Shown here: positions 1 through 14,304 of the stretch, one piece after another
Layout of the letters: every line of letters begins with the position of its first letter
How positions within the stretch are numbered: position 1 is the stretch's first letter
Source: Octopus sinensis
Taxonomy: Eukaryota
Direction: 5' to 3'
Length of the DNA: 64,000 bases
NCBI RefSeq assembly: GCF_006345805.1
Contig: NC_042999.1
Span: forward strand, 79,050,001 to 79,114,000
Program-made: the position numbers and the translations under genes
Notes under the pieces: model-generated
Told to the model about the DNA's origin: nothing
Database searches by the model: none
What the model saw: only the letters and a program-made list of their open reading frames with translations

Positions 1-162
1 TTCAGTTTATTTCAATATTTCTTGCCAATAACCTAGACCCAAGAACCTTGCATTGGAATTTCAACATCAACAACACGGTATATTTTGTATATATGTATGT
101 ATATGTGTGTATGTATCTATGTGTGTCTATATACATACATACACACACGTACATAAATATAT

Positions 163-246
<84 letters not shown>

Positions 247-1690
247 GTGTGTGTGTGTGTATATAATATATATGTATATATATATGTAATATGTGTATAT
301 ATATATATATAAACTCTCAGCCCTTGAGTCATTCTGTTGTTTCTGCTAAATGTACGTGTGTGCGCACGTGCGAGTTGGTGTTCATTAGTATACACAAAAT
401 AGACGCGCATAAAGAATATGCGGGCGAACACACAAGCTTATACACACACACACTCTCGAATATATACCAATTACCCATATGTGCATTTAGGTATGGATGC
501 ATTTAAGCATGCATACATGCATGTTTGTAAATAAGTATGTGAGTGCCTATGTGTGCATGTGGATGTAGGTATGGGTTTATGTGCCGTATTTGTAATGACC
601 AATAGAATAATTTGGCCAAGCAGTTAATTTGACCTGGTGTTATGAAATGTTCTTTTGTAACTTTATCGTAACTTTGCTATTTCATTGGCAAATACACGTT
701 ACAAGACTCACTCATAAGGGGTGATAAATTTCAGAATTCTTGTAAAAATTAACAAAATTAGAGAAATAAGAACAAAAGTAACAATTACCAAAAATAATTA
801 TCAAAAAGAATAATAATTAGTAAAGAGGATAATTATAATTATTTTTGGTAATTATTATATTTGCTTCAAGAATTGCGACTCCAAGCGTGCCATAATTATC
901 TCTTCATATGAAGAATATTTGCTCTTTGCTGGGAAATACCGCTCCTAACTTATCGAATGAAATAGTAAGGTTTCAACGCCAGAAAATTTCATTACGTATC
1001 TCAAGGTGCCTTTTCAACGACAGTGCAAATGAAAAATTAAGTAACTGAATGTCATACGTTTTCGATCAGACACACACAAACGCACACACGCACACACACA
1101 CACATACACACACACACGCACGCGCGCACACACACACACACACATGTATGTATGTTCACTTCTATCTTTAATTATTTGAAGTCTTCCTGTAAGGAAGGTG
1201 CAGTCTAACGAGATACAAAGCTCTGTCATTGGAATGTAGTTAGCAAAAGTACATTTTGAACGTGAGAAAGTCTTACATATTTTTACTGTTCCGCTTACAG
1301 GTTGCTTTTGTAACGTACACCTTCGCTGGTTGATTTCTTTTGGACATTTCAGTTTTACCAAAGTGTCACTTAGGCGTTTACTCATCAGACCAGGTGCACC
1401 GTTTATTATGCCTATAAGTGTGAATTTATCATATACGGCCTGTTACATTTGCTCTGTATGTATGAATGTATGCATGCCTGCGTGCGTATAAATACACACA
1501 CACAAACACACAAATATTTATATATTTATATATATATATATGAACTTTAGATTAGTTAAAATATGTAACAAATATATTCTAACCTCAAGTTCGCTTATGC
1601 CTAAACACTGCTTATGCATACATACATACATACATACATACATACATACATACATACATACATACATCATACATACATACATACATTATC

Positions 1691-1732
<42 letters not shown>

Positions 1733-1749
1733 CACAATATATATATTTA

Positions 1750-1787
1750 TACCACGTTTCAGTACATGTGTATGTTCATCAGGCCCC
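1750..1787 (-). ncRNA. Degenerate hammerhead-like motif
   Basis: Minus strand: CTGATGA-acatacacatgtact-GAAAC-GTG-GTA, running into AT/TA repeat. Stem II is weak and the stem I 3' strand is absent. Confidence 0.35.
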
Positions 1788-1961
1788 AATCGCGATCGGC
1801 ACCCGATGAACGCACACATAATATGGGAAAACTATTAGTAGCACGATAAATACATGTAGTTGAATCGTTTAGTAATATTGAAGTGGCATTGGATGGAGTA
1901 CTTTTCGTATTGACTTTTGCGCAGTTAAATTATATATATAGATATATAATATATATATATA

Positions 1962-2013
<52 letters not shown>

Positions 2014-2876
2014 CATACAACATATATTATATATATACGTGTACATGTACACACACACACACATATGTATATGTAGAGAGATAGATAGACAGATACGTGT
2101 ATGTGTGGATACATTTGTACTTAGAACAGGAAGCGTGCGTCACTACTTTTATGTATATGTCATTACGTATGTCATCCATTCTCACTTTTAAATTTATATG
2201 CATGTTCACAACACAAGATACAAATTTAGAATACTTGGAAGAATTTAGAACTCTTCAATGTAGCATACATACGCATGAGGCGTCTATCGTAGCGATTTTT
2301 GTAGAAATTGTACAGCCATAATTCAATCGAGAAGTTCACTATAATATTTCCATACCTGACCATTGTTTCTTGTCTTGCCCTGCTGCTTATTGTAATAATC
2401 TACACGTTATTTACCATAATAAAATTTCCAGTTGATTAATATTAGTAATTTCTTTGCATTAATCCAAAGAAGCAATTTCTTTTCACTAATCCAAAAGTCA
2501 TTTCTTTGCATTAACCCAAAGAAGATAACAGTTATATTCCTTTTCTTCAACCAGGCTTGTATTAATGGCAAAAAGTTTTACGGAATAGTAATCGTTCCAT
2601 GAAAGAATGAATATTTCTCAGTTCCGACATCACTGGCTCCAATATTATATCTATACATGTATTTCAAGACTTCTGCGTACTGAAACTACGTTGATACTAG
2701 ACTCCATAGCTGAAGAGAAATATTCCACGTCTAATTCTCATGTTTTCTTAATCGTTTTCCGTACCATCTCACTTTGTTTTCCACGGCATATATTTCTAGC
2801 ACCACACCTATCCTTTTTGCTTATGCGTGTATATATATCGATGTCTGCGAGCATGCATACCAGCGTATATGAATGC

Positions 2877-2926
<50 letters not shown>

Positions 2927-3229
2927 TGTATGTATGTGGGAATGTATGCATGTATGCAGTTGTGTTTAATTGCTAGCTTCTCATTTTTTTGTCAATTTCA
3001 ATGTTCTAAAATAATTTTAACTGTAATATCTTTGCATAACAAATGCGTCTGAGAGAAGGAAAAGACAGAAAGACAAACGACAACAGCAACAACAGACACA
3101 CAATAAACAGCAAAAATAATAACAACATCGAAACAAATTTAAAATGCCAATGTGATCGACTTAAACGAATTAAGGTTTATGAGTAAAATATTGCATTCAG
3201 CCATTAAAGTTTCTTGTCGTTGTTGTGAT

Positions 3230-4154
3230 TGTTTTAAGTAATGATATTACTGTTGGAGATGGTGGTACATTTTGTTGTTGCTATTGTATGAGCTGGTGAT
3301 GGTGGTAGAGAGGAAGGTGGTGGTGATACCGAAGTTGCTGTTGTTGCTGCTGGTGGTGGTGGTGGTGGTGAGGGTGGTAGTATGTTAGTGTTCTCGATTT
3401 GGTTGTCGTGCTGATGACGGCAGTTGTCTGCGGTGTCCATGGCTGAGACGGCTATGATGTTATTATTGATAGTATTCGCTTTGGTGATGGTGGTGCTGGT
3501 AGTGCTGGTGATGGTGGTGATGGTGGAGACGGTAGCTACGACGATGCTGGTGGTGTTAAAGATACTGATGGACATTTCTTGATGTTGGTAGTAGTTGCGC
3601 TATGATGACAGTAATGACGGAGGTGGTGGTGGTAATAGTGGTGGTGGGGTTGAAAAGGATAATGATGATGATGAAGACGGTGGTGATGGTGTTGACGACG
3701 ACGACGACGACAATGGTGGTGATGATGATGATGACGATGGTGGTAGTGGTGGTGATGTTGGTGGTAGCAGTCTTCGTCGTAGTGGTGGGGATGATGATGA
3801 TAACGATAATCATGATGATGATGATGATGATGTTACTGCTGCTACTGACGGTAATGCTGCTGCTGCTGATGATGGTGATGATGTTATTGTTAGTACTGTT
3901 CCCAGTGGGAGGGGATAGTTATGTTAGTTTTGGTCTGTTGGTGATGTTGTCAGAGACGCTGGCGGTCACAGCGATATTGGTTTTAATACTACTGTAAGTG
4001 AGGATGGTGTTGGCAATGATGTTCTTGGTGGTGGTAGCTACAGCAACGTCGGTGTTGCTGATGGTGGCGATGGTGTCCGAGGCAGCAATTATAGCAATAG
4101 TGGTATTGATGTTGGTCTCTCAGAAATTGTAATGGTGATGTTGCTGGTGATGAG

Positions 4155-4187
<33 letters not shown>

Positions 4188-4245
4188 GGTGGTGGTGGTG
4201 ATGATGATGATGATGACGATGATGATGTGAATACGACGGTGATGG

Positions 4246-4297
<52 letters not shown>

Positions 4298-4480
4298 GAT
4301 GATGATGATAGTGATGTCGATGATGATGACAATGATGATGACGACGACGACGATGACGATGATGATGGTAATGATAACGATAATGACGCCTACGACGACG
4401 ACGATGATGATGATGATGGTGTTAGTGGTGATGCCGGTCTATTATTAGAGGTGATGGTAACGATATTGTTGGTGATATTT
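3230..4480. repeat. Degenerate (TGG/TGA/TGC/TGT) trinucleotide low-complexity tract
   Basis: Continuous triplet-periodic G/T-rich sequence ending in near-pure (TGA)n/(TGG)n; gives poly-D/M/V/H/S pseudo-ORFs in several frames. Confidence 0.85.
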
Positions 4481-4494
4481 GAGATTAGCCCATA

Positions 4495-4706
4495 GTGACG
4501 AGCTGGCAGAATCGTTAGCCCTCCGGGCAAAATGCTTCGCCGAATTTACTTCGATTTTATATTCTGGGTTCTAATTGCATCGAGCTCGACTTTGCCTTTC
4601 ATCCTTTCAGGGTCGATAAAATGAGTACCAGTTGAACACTGGGGTTGGTGTAACTGTCTTACCTTTCCCCTTGAAATTGCTGGCTTTGTGCCAAAATTTG
4701 AAATCG
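4495..4706 (+). mobile_element. tRNA-derived SINE, family B (core CTTTCATCCTTTCGGGGTCGATAAA..AGTACCAG, Meta/MESC-like)
   Basis: Head GAGCTGGCAGAATCGTTAG and the same core as copies at 4983, 49139 and 47227. The domain name is from recall and is unverified. Confidence 0.8.
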
Positions 4707-4780
4707 ATATTTGTGATTAGCACCAGGTTCACCTTGATTGAGTGGATCAATAATCGAAAGCTTATTAGGTATGACCCACC

Positions 4781-5325
4781 TGGTACTTAATTTATCGACC
4801 CCGAAAGGATGAAAGGCAAAGTGGACCTCGGTGGAATTTGAACTCAGAACATAAAGACAGACGAAATATCTATTTCTTTACTACCCACAAGGGGTTAAAC
4901 ACGGAGAGGACAAACAAGGACAGACAAACGGATTAAGTAGACTATATCGACCCCAGTGCGTAACTGGTACTTATTTAATCGAGGCGGTGAGCTGGCAGAA
5001 ACTTTAGCACGCCGGGCGAAATGCGAAGCCGTATTTCATCTGCCATTACGTTCTGAGTTAAAACTCCGCCGAGGTCGACTTTGCTTTTCATCCTTTCGGG
5101 GTCGATAAATTAAGTACCAGTTACGCACTGGGGTCGATGTAACCGACTTAATCCGGTTGTCTGTCCTTGTTTGTCTTCTCTCTGTGTTTAGCCCCTTGTG
5201 GGTAGTACAGAAATAGGTACTTATTTAATCGACCCCGAAAGGATGAAAGGCAAAGTCGACCTCGGCGAAATTTGAACTCAGAACGTAGCTAAGCATTTCG
5301 CCCGGCGTGCTAACGCTTCTGCAGC
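4781..5325 (-). mobile_element. Two antisense family B SINE copies (4781-4868 partial; 4871-5325 interrupted by a sense copy)
   Basis: Reverse-complement core GGTACTTA..ATCGACCCCGAAAGGATGAAAGGCAAAG at 4782 and 5216. Confidence 0.85.
4983..5215 (+). mobile_element. Full-length family B SINE with a 17-bp TSD
   Basis: Starts GGCGGTGAGCTGGCAGAA; flanked by identical GGTACTTATTTAATCGA at 4966-4982 and 5216-5232. Confidence 0.92.
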
Positions 5326-5763
5326 CATTCTGGGGAAGCACCATCAAGGATTTAGTCGAACCTGTCGACTCCAGTACTTATTCTGTCGGAACTCCTTTGC
5401 CGAACCGCAATGTCACTGGGACGTAAACAAACTATCAACAAACGATCACCGTTTGTCAAGTAGTGGTAGGCGACAAATACAAACACAAAGACACACATGC
5501 ATTATACATACATACATACGTATGTATGCATACATGCGTGTATGTGTATGTATGTATGTATGTATGTATGTATGTATGTATGTATGTATGTATGTATGTA
5601 TGTATGCATGTATGCATGTATGCATGTATGTACGTATGCGTGTAAGTATGAATATGGATATATATATATAGAGAGAGAGAGATTCAGAAATGTAACCGCA
5701 CGTGGATTATTGGCGATATTTTCGTCCTTTTTCCTTCTTGCCTTTGGACATTCCTGATTTTCC

Positions 5764-5799
5764 TGTTTCCGAAGAAGAGCTATGCTCGAAACGAAAACA
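5764..5799 (+). ncRNA. Minimal hammerhead-like motif, probably inactive, in a Penelope-like non-coding element (about 5683-5905)
   Basis: tgttt-CCGAAGA-A-GAGC-tat-GCTC-GAAACG-a-aaaca. Stem I tgttt/aaaca, stem II 4 bp; the U of the cleavage triplet is missing and U4 is C. Confidence 0.55.
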
Positions 5800-5906
5800 A
5801 CTAGTATTTTCCCTCTCTAAGCATCATATTAATACATTGCTTGTGCTACGTCCTTTTTTGTTTTTTGTTTTTTGTTTTCTTTTTCACTTTTCTCTGCTTT
5901 TTAATA

Positions 5907-5982
<76 letters not shown>

Positions 5983-5999
5983 TTATATAATTATATGTA

Positions 6000-6053
<54 letters not shown>

Positions 6054-7089
6054 ATATTATATATGCATGTATGTATGTCTATGTATATATTATATATAGA
6101 TAAGCTTCCACACAGTTCCCAATAGAATAAAATGTAGTTTGAGGGGAATTCTGCTGCTATTTTTATCAAATAGCTGTCTTGCTGCTAGTGAAGTGTTTGA
6201 TTGTGCTCTTTGAAGAAATAAAGAGAAGTGAAGAGATAAAAATGGAGAACGAAGGTGTTGTGGGATGTAAATAATAAAATAATTAAGACATCGTCATACA
6301 TAACAATTAAATAAATGACTAAACTAATTTTATTGTAGTTGTGCTATTTTTCATTATTTTAAATATTTTATTCATATTTTGGTTCTATGGTTGGGGTGAG
6401 AGTTGCAAATTGAAATTCACTCTTTAATTGAAAGAAAAATAAATCATCAAATAGACAAAGTTTGATATTAACAACAATAATTATTATAACATTAGCATCG
6501 AGATCAACAACATAACAAGGGCAGCAACAACAACAGCGGTGACAACCTCAACAACGGACTCAGCCATGGTTACGATAGGGGCTAACATTACACCAGTGGC
6601 AAACCCCTCAACATTAAATGTTAGCATAATTGTCACGAAACTATAAATACATTAAACAACAGCTCTAACAAATATCAACAACAACAAAAACGGTCTTACC
6701 AAAAATCACTGCAATTACGTCAAAAAGTAGAGCAGTACCTTTCATCGCCATCAGCATCGCTGTCTCAATACCAGCAATTATCAGCATATCGAACACTACA
6801 AAATTAACAACTATCATTTTTCTACTAATAAGGATGACACCACAAATAAACAATACAGCAAATAACAATTATTACAATTAAAATAATTACAAATGCAATC
6901 AAATCCTCATCAAAACTCCAGGCACATCTCCAACTGCCATAACCAACGTAAAAACAACAAAATGAAAACAGAAATTATAATAACATCCAATATATAAAAA
7001 TAACATTAAAAAATAACACAAAGAACAACCAGACCGCGATTGAAATAATAATAAAAATAAGTGATTTGTTGTATTTAAATATTTAAAAA

Positions 7090-7500
7090 ACGTAACGGCA
7101 AAATTAAAATATAAACATCATAAAAATGTAAAATATAAACATAACATAAAATATAAGCATAAAATATGACATGCATAAAATATAAACATAAAATAGAAAC
7201 TAAATATGATCTAAAATATAAAACGTATGATCTATAAATATAAGATATAAAGCTACGATACAAACAAAATATAAAGATAAAATATAAAACTAATGCATAT
7301 AAAATATAAACTAAATGTAAAACAAAATATGCAGGTATAATACAAGCGTAATATATAAAGCTTAAATATAAATATAAACATAATATACAAATAAAATGTA
7401 CGAAGCATATAAGAATAATATATAAAATAAAATGTATACAAACAATAAATAAACATCGGTAAAATACATTTATATAAAAAGTAACAATAAGAAATCAAGC
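7090..7500. repeat. Degenerate A-rich minisatellite (AAAATATAAACAT-like unit, about 13 bp)
   Basis: Recurring ATATAAAC/ATATAAGC/ATATGAC units separated by ATAAA. Confidence 0.7.
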
Positions 7501-7692
7501 AAACAATCAATACCACACATTTTCTCTCTATACAGACGAAAATTAATTTCAATTATATAAATATAATATTAAGGCATATAGAAATAACGATAAAGAAACC
7601 AGAAGTGAGCGTTAGAATCATTTCTCTACAGAGTAAAAATTCAATTACGAATACACACCACATACACTAAGACATCAGCAAAAAACACACGT

Positions 7693-7777
<85 letters not shown>

Positions 7778-8275
7778 ATATATATATTTATATATCGTAC
7801 ACACACATAAATATGAAGGGAGAGGTGAGAGAGAAAATTGTGAGAAAATAAGAAAAGATCAAAATATTTAAAAATAAAAGTGAAAATTATAAATAAATAA
7901 ATGAATACAAATTATCTCTAATCAAACGAATAAAAATCCGTCATCGTGACAAAGCAATAGCAAAATATAAAACAATTATTATTTTTTTTATTTTTTAGAA
8001 TTATGATTTGATTTTAATTATATTTTTTTAATTCTTAATTTTATTATTTTAATTATATTAATTAATATTTCGTGTGTTTGTTAATGATGTTACGATTGGA
8101 TTTCTTGATTTAAATCATTGTTTTGTTTTGATATGTATATTTTTGTAGAGGCGGTTGGTCCCGTATTTTCTTTAGTTGGTGAACGAAAAAACAAAAACTA
8201 TGAAACAGGTCTATATTTAAAAGATGACGAATCATATAAATTATTTACATTATTTATATTTGACGGAGATTTGTC

Positions 8276-8315
8276 CTGATGAGGGCTAGAGTGTATGTCA
8301 GGCGAAACGTTGTGT
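8276..8315 (+). ncRNA. Degenerate minimal hammerhead inside a 33-bp inverted repeat
   Basis: CTGATGA-gggctagagtgtatgtcaggc-GAAACGTT; flanking inverted arms 8244-8276 and 8334-8366. Confidence 0.5.
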
Positions 8316-8757
8316 TAACAACAAACAAGATGCGGACAAATATCCCTCAAATGAAAATAATGTAAAAAAATATGAAATCAAAAATTAAGAATATGACAAT
8401 AGATACACTTCCTCATTCATAATAAATCTTGTGGAGTTTCAGCAAGTGAGAATTGTAGATTTGCAAATGCTTCCACCATAGCGTTTTGATATAGCACATA
8501 TTTTTTTTTAGTTTTTGTTAACGATTTATATTTTTGTGGAAGTTTCTGTAAAGAAAAGGAAATCGCTTTTTACGTTTATGAATTTGCTTTGTAAGATTCC
8601 GATGTGAAATCGAGTGTTGAAAGTGATATTGTCATACTTTGGCTTGGTTATTTTTTTTTCTTACCAAATAAAACACACACACTATATATTCGTTCTTCAC
8701 ACGTGTTTTTCCTCCTGTTCTGTTTAGAGGAACAGGACGAAACACGTGGATGGAAGA

Positions 8758-8800
8758 GTCGCTGAAGAGGTCACAGATGTGTGACGAAAACTTTTCCGAC
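8758..8800 (+). ncRNA. Type I hammerhead ribozyme motif
   Basis: gtcg-CTGAAGA-G-GTCAC-agatgt-GTGAC-GAAA-ACTTT-TC-cgac. Stem I gtcg/cgac, stem II 5 bp, UUC triplet. Confidence 0.7.
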
Positions 8801-9726
8801 GATGGACATAAGATAAAATAAGAACATTAATAAACGAGTGAACAACGAATATACAGAATATACATACATACCTATCTACCTACCGACCAACATACATACA
8901 TAATATATATATATATATATATTATGTGAAATAGAAAGATGAATAATCTTGTAGTAGATTAATCAAAAGTTTAACCGATACCTTAGTAGCAAAAATCACA
9001 GCAGTAAACAAAAGACACAATATGGTCCCATTATTCAATCGGATTTTTGGTAATTGTGCCTTTCGAAACACGTGTAGAATGAAATAAAACGATTTCTGTT
9101 CAATCTGCGTTCAGCTCCATTTCTTCAATTCACCAATAATGTTATATATATATTATATATATATATATATATAATATATATATATATATCGCGTAGGTTT
9201 ATTTGGCAAGAAGAAAATGACCATCCCGAATATAACAATAGAATGCTTTTGTTATGCTAATATATATATATATATTATATATATATATATTATATATATA
9301 TATATTATATATATATATATATGTGTGTGTGTGTATGTATATATATATATTATACGCTTTTAGTATAATATAAAAAATATTAGTACAGATGTATCAAATA
9401 TATATTCGAACTGGCCTTTTTACCTATTAGGTCCGTCCGTTTCGCTTCTAGAAATACATACTCAATTATTCTCGTAGATGTTGCAAATGAGCCAGCATTA
9501 TTAGTACTTTTGTTGTAGCTGCTATCAGTATCGCTCCAGCTGTCATTGCTCTCACTGTCAATGCTCTAGTGGTTGTCGTTGTGTACTAACGTTTTGTTTC
9601 TATGTTTGCACCGGCTCTATAATTTTATTTGCCGACCCCCGTTTCTCTTTTATTACTTCTGATGATGTTATTGTTGATGGTGGTCATAGTAAAGGTATTG
9701 TTGTTGCTGGTTTTGTTATTGCCACA

Positions 9727-9768
9727 TGGCTCAGTGGTTAGAGCGTCGAGCTTACAATCATGAGGTAG
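9727..9768 (+). mobile_element. Isolated tRNA-like head of family D SINE
   Basis: TGGCTCAGTGGTTAGAGCGTCGAGCTTACAATCATGAGGT matches the head of the copy at 21179. Confidence 0.8.
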
Positions 9769-10315
9769 TAACGAAAACAGCCGAAATGTTTGGTGTATCA
9801 AGAAGTACTGTCTCGGAAGATACGACAGCCTTTGAGAAAGAGGAAAACCCTCCTCGTCGAAACAAAACTCCGGAAGAAAACCAAAACTTTCAGATAGGTA
9901 CCGTCGGATTCCTACGCGAATTGTTAGAAAGGATCACAAACGTACAGCTCCCAAAATTACGACAGAGCACCTCGAGAACCCAGTTTCCACAAAAACTGTT
10001 CGCCGGGAGCTGCACAAAGCCGGATTTCACGAGAGGGCTGCAATCAGAAAACAACTACTTTCAAAATCAAACGTTGCAAAGCGTTTAGAGTGGAGTAAAA
10101 ACCTACAGAATTGGTCCCTAGAGCAGTGTAAGAATGTTATTTTCATGGACGAGTCATCTTTACCTTATTTCCGACCACCGGCCGAGTATACGTGTGGAGA
10201 CAGCTAAAAGAAGCATGTGACCCAGACTATTTTCTTCCAACTGTTAAACATGGAGGAGAATCTTTGGTGATCTGGGTTGGGTTGGGGTGGGCTATATCTT
10301 GGAAATCGCCGGCCT
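9767..10315 (+). pseudogene. Tc1-like transposase relic (frameshifted, N-terminal half)
   Basis: Across frames: VTKTAEMFGVSRSTVS (HTH), SGRKPKLSDR, PVSTKTVRRELHKAGF, KRLEWSK, VIFMDESSF (first catalytic D), VYVWR, LPTVKHGG. No TIRs found. Confidence 0.92.
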
Positions 10316-12002
10316 AATATGAGCTATTTATGTCATGGTTTTTCATCGTCCTAGAGTAGTGATGTGTTTTGGTTTCTCAGTTAAAGCTAATGCATGATTG
10401 GTATGTTGTCGATGCTCGTGAAAGAAGGTATGAACATCATAATAAAGCATTTTACTAAATCTTTAAGATATTGCTGTCTCATGTTTAGACCCAAGAAACA
10501 AAAAAATATTAACAACAACAACAATAACAACAACAACATCAACAGCGGCGGCAGCAGCAGCAGCAGCAGCAGCAATAACAACAACAACAGCAGCAACAAC
10601 AACAGTAACCTAGTGACGTCATAGGAATTATAAACTTTCGAGAGAACGTGAAGTAAGTTTTCTTTGCAGCAGTGAATATCGAAGCATAAACTATAAATAA
10701 TAGAGTGTAATATTGGATTGAAAAAGCCTTCAACTTTCTCCAGTCAAAGGGTTCTCAATCCTATATTTACACGCTATTATTTATAGCTTTATGTGCTTCG
10801 AGATACATTGTTCCCAACCAAAATTGCTAGACATTTAGACATTGTTATTCGTTCCCGCCTCATAGAAGCTGTTATTTAACTCTAGGTTAAGTCTAATCGA
10901 CAAAATCCATAATGTAATATATCCCACCCATGATCATCTAGTCTTTTTGATATTTATTGGATTGCAATTTCTAATGTGTTCTACTAAGATGGAAAAGTGT
11001 GAGTTGAAACAGTTTTGGCTACTGTTGACTTTAGCAACTCGAGCGACCTGCTAAAATAAGCGTTTCTGTTTGTCAAGTACGTGAAACTGCTTGGCCCAAG
11101 ACAATGTCTTGTAAAGATTTGGAATTTTCAATTGATTTTGCACAGAGGAAATGTAAAAATGCCAACTAAATCTCAGTCATACACGAACGCCAAAAACATG
11201 AGTCACTGAGCTAGATCATGTGAAGAATTATGTACACATTCTTCTCTACCAGACGAAATATCATGAAATGAAAATTAGGAATGCACAAGTACGCTGACTT
11301 ACCATGCAATAGAAATTCTTTTCACACCTGTACTGGCATTTCCCCACCCTTCCTTTTATATACACTGTGTCTGTCCAAGTCTTCGTTTAGATTTAATATT
11401 TATAAATGTATATCTTTGGGCAACTCTTTGCTTAATACTAAATTAATTAAATGTTTAAATTCAGATGAATGATCGAAGAAAGAAACAAAGAAATTTTGTT
11501 TCATTTATTCCCTTGTGAAATTAAAGGAGGTTAATTGGTAATTTCGAATTGAGAAACATACGTACGCACACATAATTACATCTTAGACACGCACATACAT
11601 CCATTTATATCCATACATACATAACATACATGCATAACATACATACACACAGAAATATAGTGAAAAAATAAAAATGGATTCTCCATCGGTTTCGGCGGTG
11701 AGTATTCTACCTGTTCGATCACCTGAACTACGAAGCCATTAAGTGCTGTGTATACCGCAGATATGTAAGTCTTTATCGTAACCTTTGAGTAAAATCAGCC
11801 TAATAAAGACTGTTACAAAAGCGGTTCCTTGAATTAGAGGTACAATATATTCGAAATGTTCTCAGACTTTGCGTCTACTCAATTTTATTCAAAAGTCTTG
11901 GTTGGGTCGACTTGAGACAAGGTGCAAGATTCGAGTTTGCGGAATTGAACCCAAGACATAATAAATACAAAGCGAACTTCTTAACCACTGAGGGATATAC
12001 GC

Positions 12003-12120
<118 letters not shown>

Positions 12121-12129
12121 TCTATCTAT

Positions 12130-12229
<100 letters not shown>

Positions 12230-12335
12230 TCTATCCATCTAGCTAGTAATCTATCTATCCATCTAAGCATACGTATATATATATTTATATATGTATTTAT
12301 TTATTTGTATGTATACACACACACACACGCACGCG

Positions 12336-12390
<55 letters not shown>

Positions 12391-12769
12391 TTATGTATGT
12401 TTATGTATGCTTGTATGTGTTTGTATAGGATTAAGGCGTAAATATGTGAAAAAGAGTTTTCACAATGCAGTTGGTACGCTGCTGCAGGTATATGTGTTGA
12501 CATGAAAATGATACTAGTATCGTGACAAAATAACATAAAAAATAACACTTCAAATTCTGTGACCTGAAAGTCTTGCTGTTTCATTCAAGATTTGTTGTTC
12601 AACCGTACGTACTTTGGTGTTGAAAACCTTTCTTTTTTCATTGGTATGTTCATCAATAAATTGTTAAATTATGGTGGGTGCATGTAAGAGAGTATATATA
12701 TCTTTATTTCTCAGAAATACTACGTGTATATCTCCTCGTGTCCCATTCTTTTCAGCAGATCAATATTAT

Positions 12770-13176
12770 CTTTTACTCTTTTACTTGTTTCAGTCATTTG
12801 ACTGTGGCCATGCTGGAGCATCGCCTTTAGTCAAGCAAATCGACCCCAGGACTTATTCTTTGTAAGCGTAGTACTTATTCTATCGGGCTCTTTTGCAGAA
12901 CCGCTAAGTTATGGGGACTAAACACACCAGCATCGGCTGTTAAGCGATGTTGGGAGGACAAACACAGACATACAAACATATACACACACATACATATATA
13001 TATACATATATACGACGGGCTTCTTTCAGTTTCCGTCTACCAAATCCACTCTCAAGGCTTTGGTCGGCCCGAGGCTTTAGTAGAAGACATTTGCCCAAGG
13101 TGCCACGCAGTGGGACTGAACCTCGGAACCATGTGGTTGGTAAGCAAGCTACTTACCACACAGCCACTCCTACGCC
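12770..13176 (-). mobile_element. tRNA-derived SINE, family A (internal microsatellite, AAGAGTAA-type tail), full length
   Basis: Reverse complement of the 42793/46219 sequence; A-box-like TGGCTGTGTGG and B-box-like GGTTCAGTCC. Confidence 0.9.
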
Positions 13177-14304
13177 TACTATTGATGTGTGTCACTAAAA
13201 TTAGCCTTAGACGCATGAAATACTTCACATCCACAGGGCTACAATCCCTCATATATAGATAAATCCGTAACGTGGTATTTATCAACTATATGTCATCTAA
13301 GGATGCTTTACACACGTCACACAGTTGCTCCTCAATCAGTACAGTTTTTTGTTCTCTTTTAACGTCAGAATTACATCAACTGGTGTAGTGTTTTCTCTCT
13401 GGTTTACCTTAAAATTCGAGCAATCCGTAGTGATTGACGTCTTTTCATGAGAGACTTCCATCATCTGGTTCGATTTTTGTCTGGGCTCACTTCTCTTTGT
13501 TCCCAGTTCCTTTTCTGGTTTCTTTATAAAGGTAATCATTGTAATTGCGAATCAAAGGAAATATATCTGAAACTAAAACACTTATTATAAATTAAAACTA
13601 TATAAATAAACAGCAAAATTTTGAAGATATCATAAGTGATAATTTTCAAAACTAATGATGAGTTGAATTCATAATGAGGTGTTACATATTTAAATAACAC
13701 AAAAGTAATACATTGCTGTTGTTGTTTAATTTGTTCGCAGCATTGTTTACCTTTCATTGGTTATTGTGTTTCTGATGTTGCTTTTGTTCTTATTGTTGTT
13801 CGTATTTTTTGTCTGGCTTCCCACCATCTTCTCCTTAGAAATATATTACTTCATATTATCGAAAATCAACGTAAAAACTAATATAAAATTTCCAAAAATA
13901 TACAAAAACGTAAAAATAAATGAACGAATATCATATAAGCAGTATTTCATGAATATATAAGGAGTAATTTTACCCATCCTAAATAGAATAAATAAAGAGA
14001 AATGTGGAACTTTTTGACAAATTTCTCGTGAAGATTTAAATATTACAGGTCGCAGAAATTAGGGATGTTGTGAAGGAACATGGATAAAACTCGTCACAAA
14101 TCTGCAGTTCCATTAAAAGGTCAAAAGAAGGGTATATGTTTAACAAACAAGTTAACAGAGGTGTCTCTAAGCAAAAGTTCTGGATAACGTCAAAGGGACA
14201 TATTGGTCATAGGTGAAACACGAGTACTGATAAGGTCGGTTCAGGGAAGGTCTACTTGGGGCTAAGCAACAAGAAGAAAAGTCACAACATCGTTAATAAT
14301 GGTT

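Noticed and set aside
1340-1392. Minus-strand CTGATGAG...GAAATGTC as a hammerhead
   Set aside because: No convincing stem I or stem II.
3595-4448. Asp/Gly-, Met/Val- and His/Ser-rich ORFs
   Set aside because: Open in several frames and on both strands because of (TGA/TGG)n; no splice or domain evidence.
9005-9075. Stem plus GAAAC-ACGT-GTA
   Set aside because: Likely a hammerhead relic, but the CUGANGA box is unrecognisable, so it was not counted.
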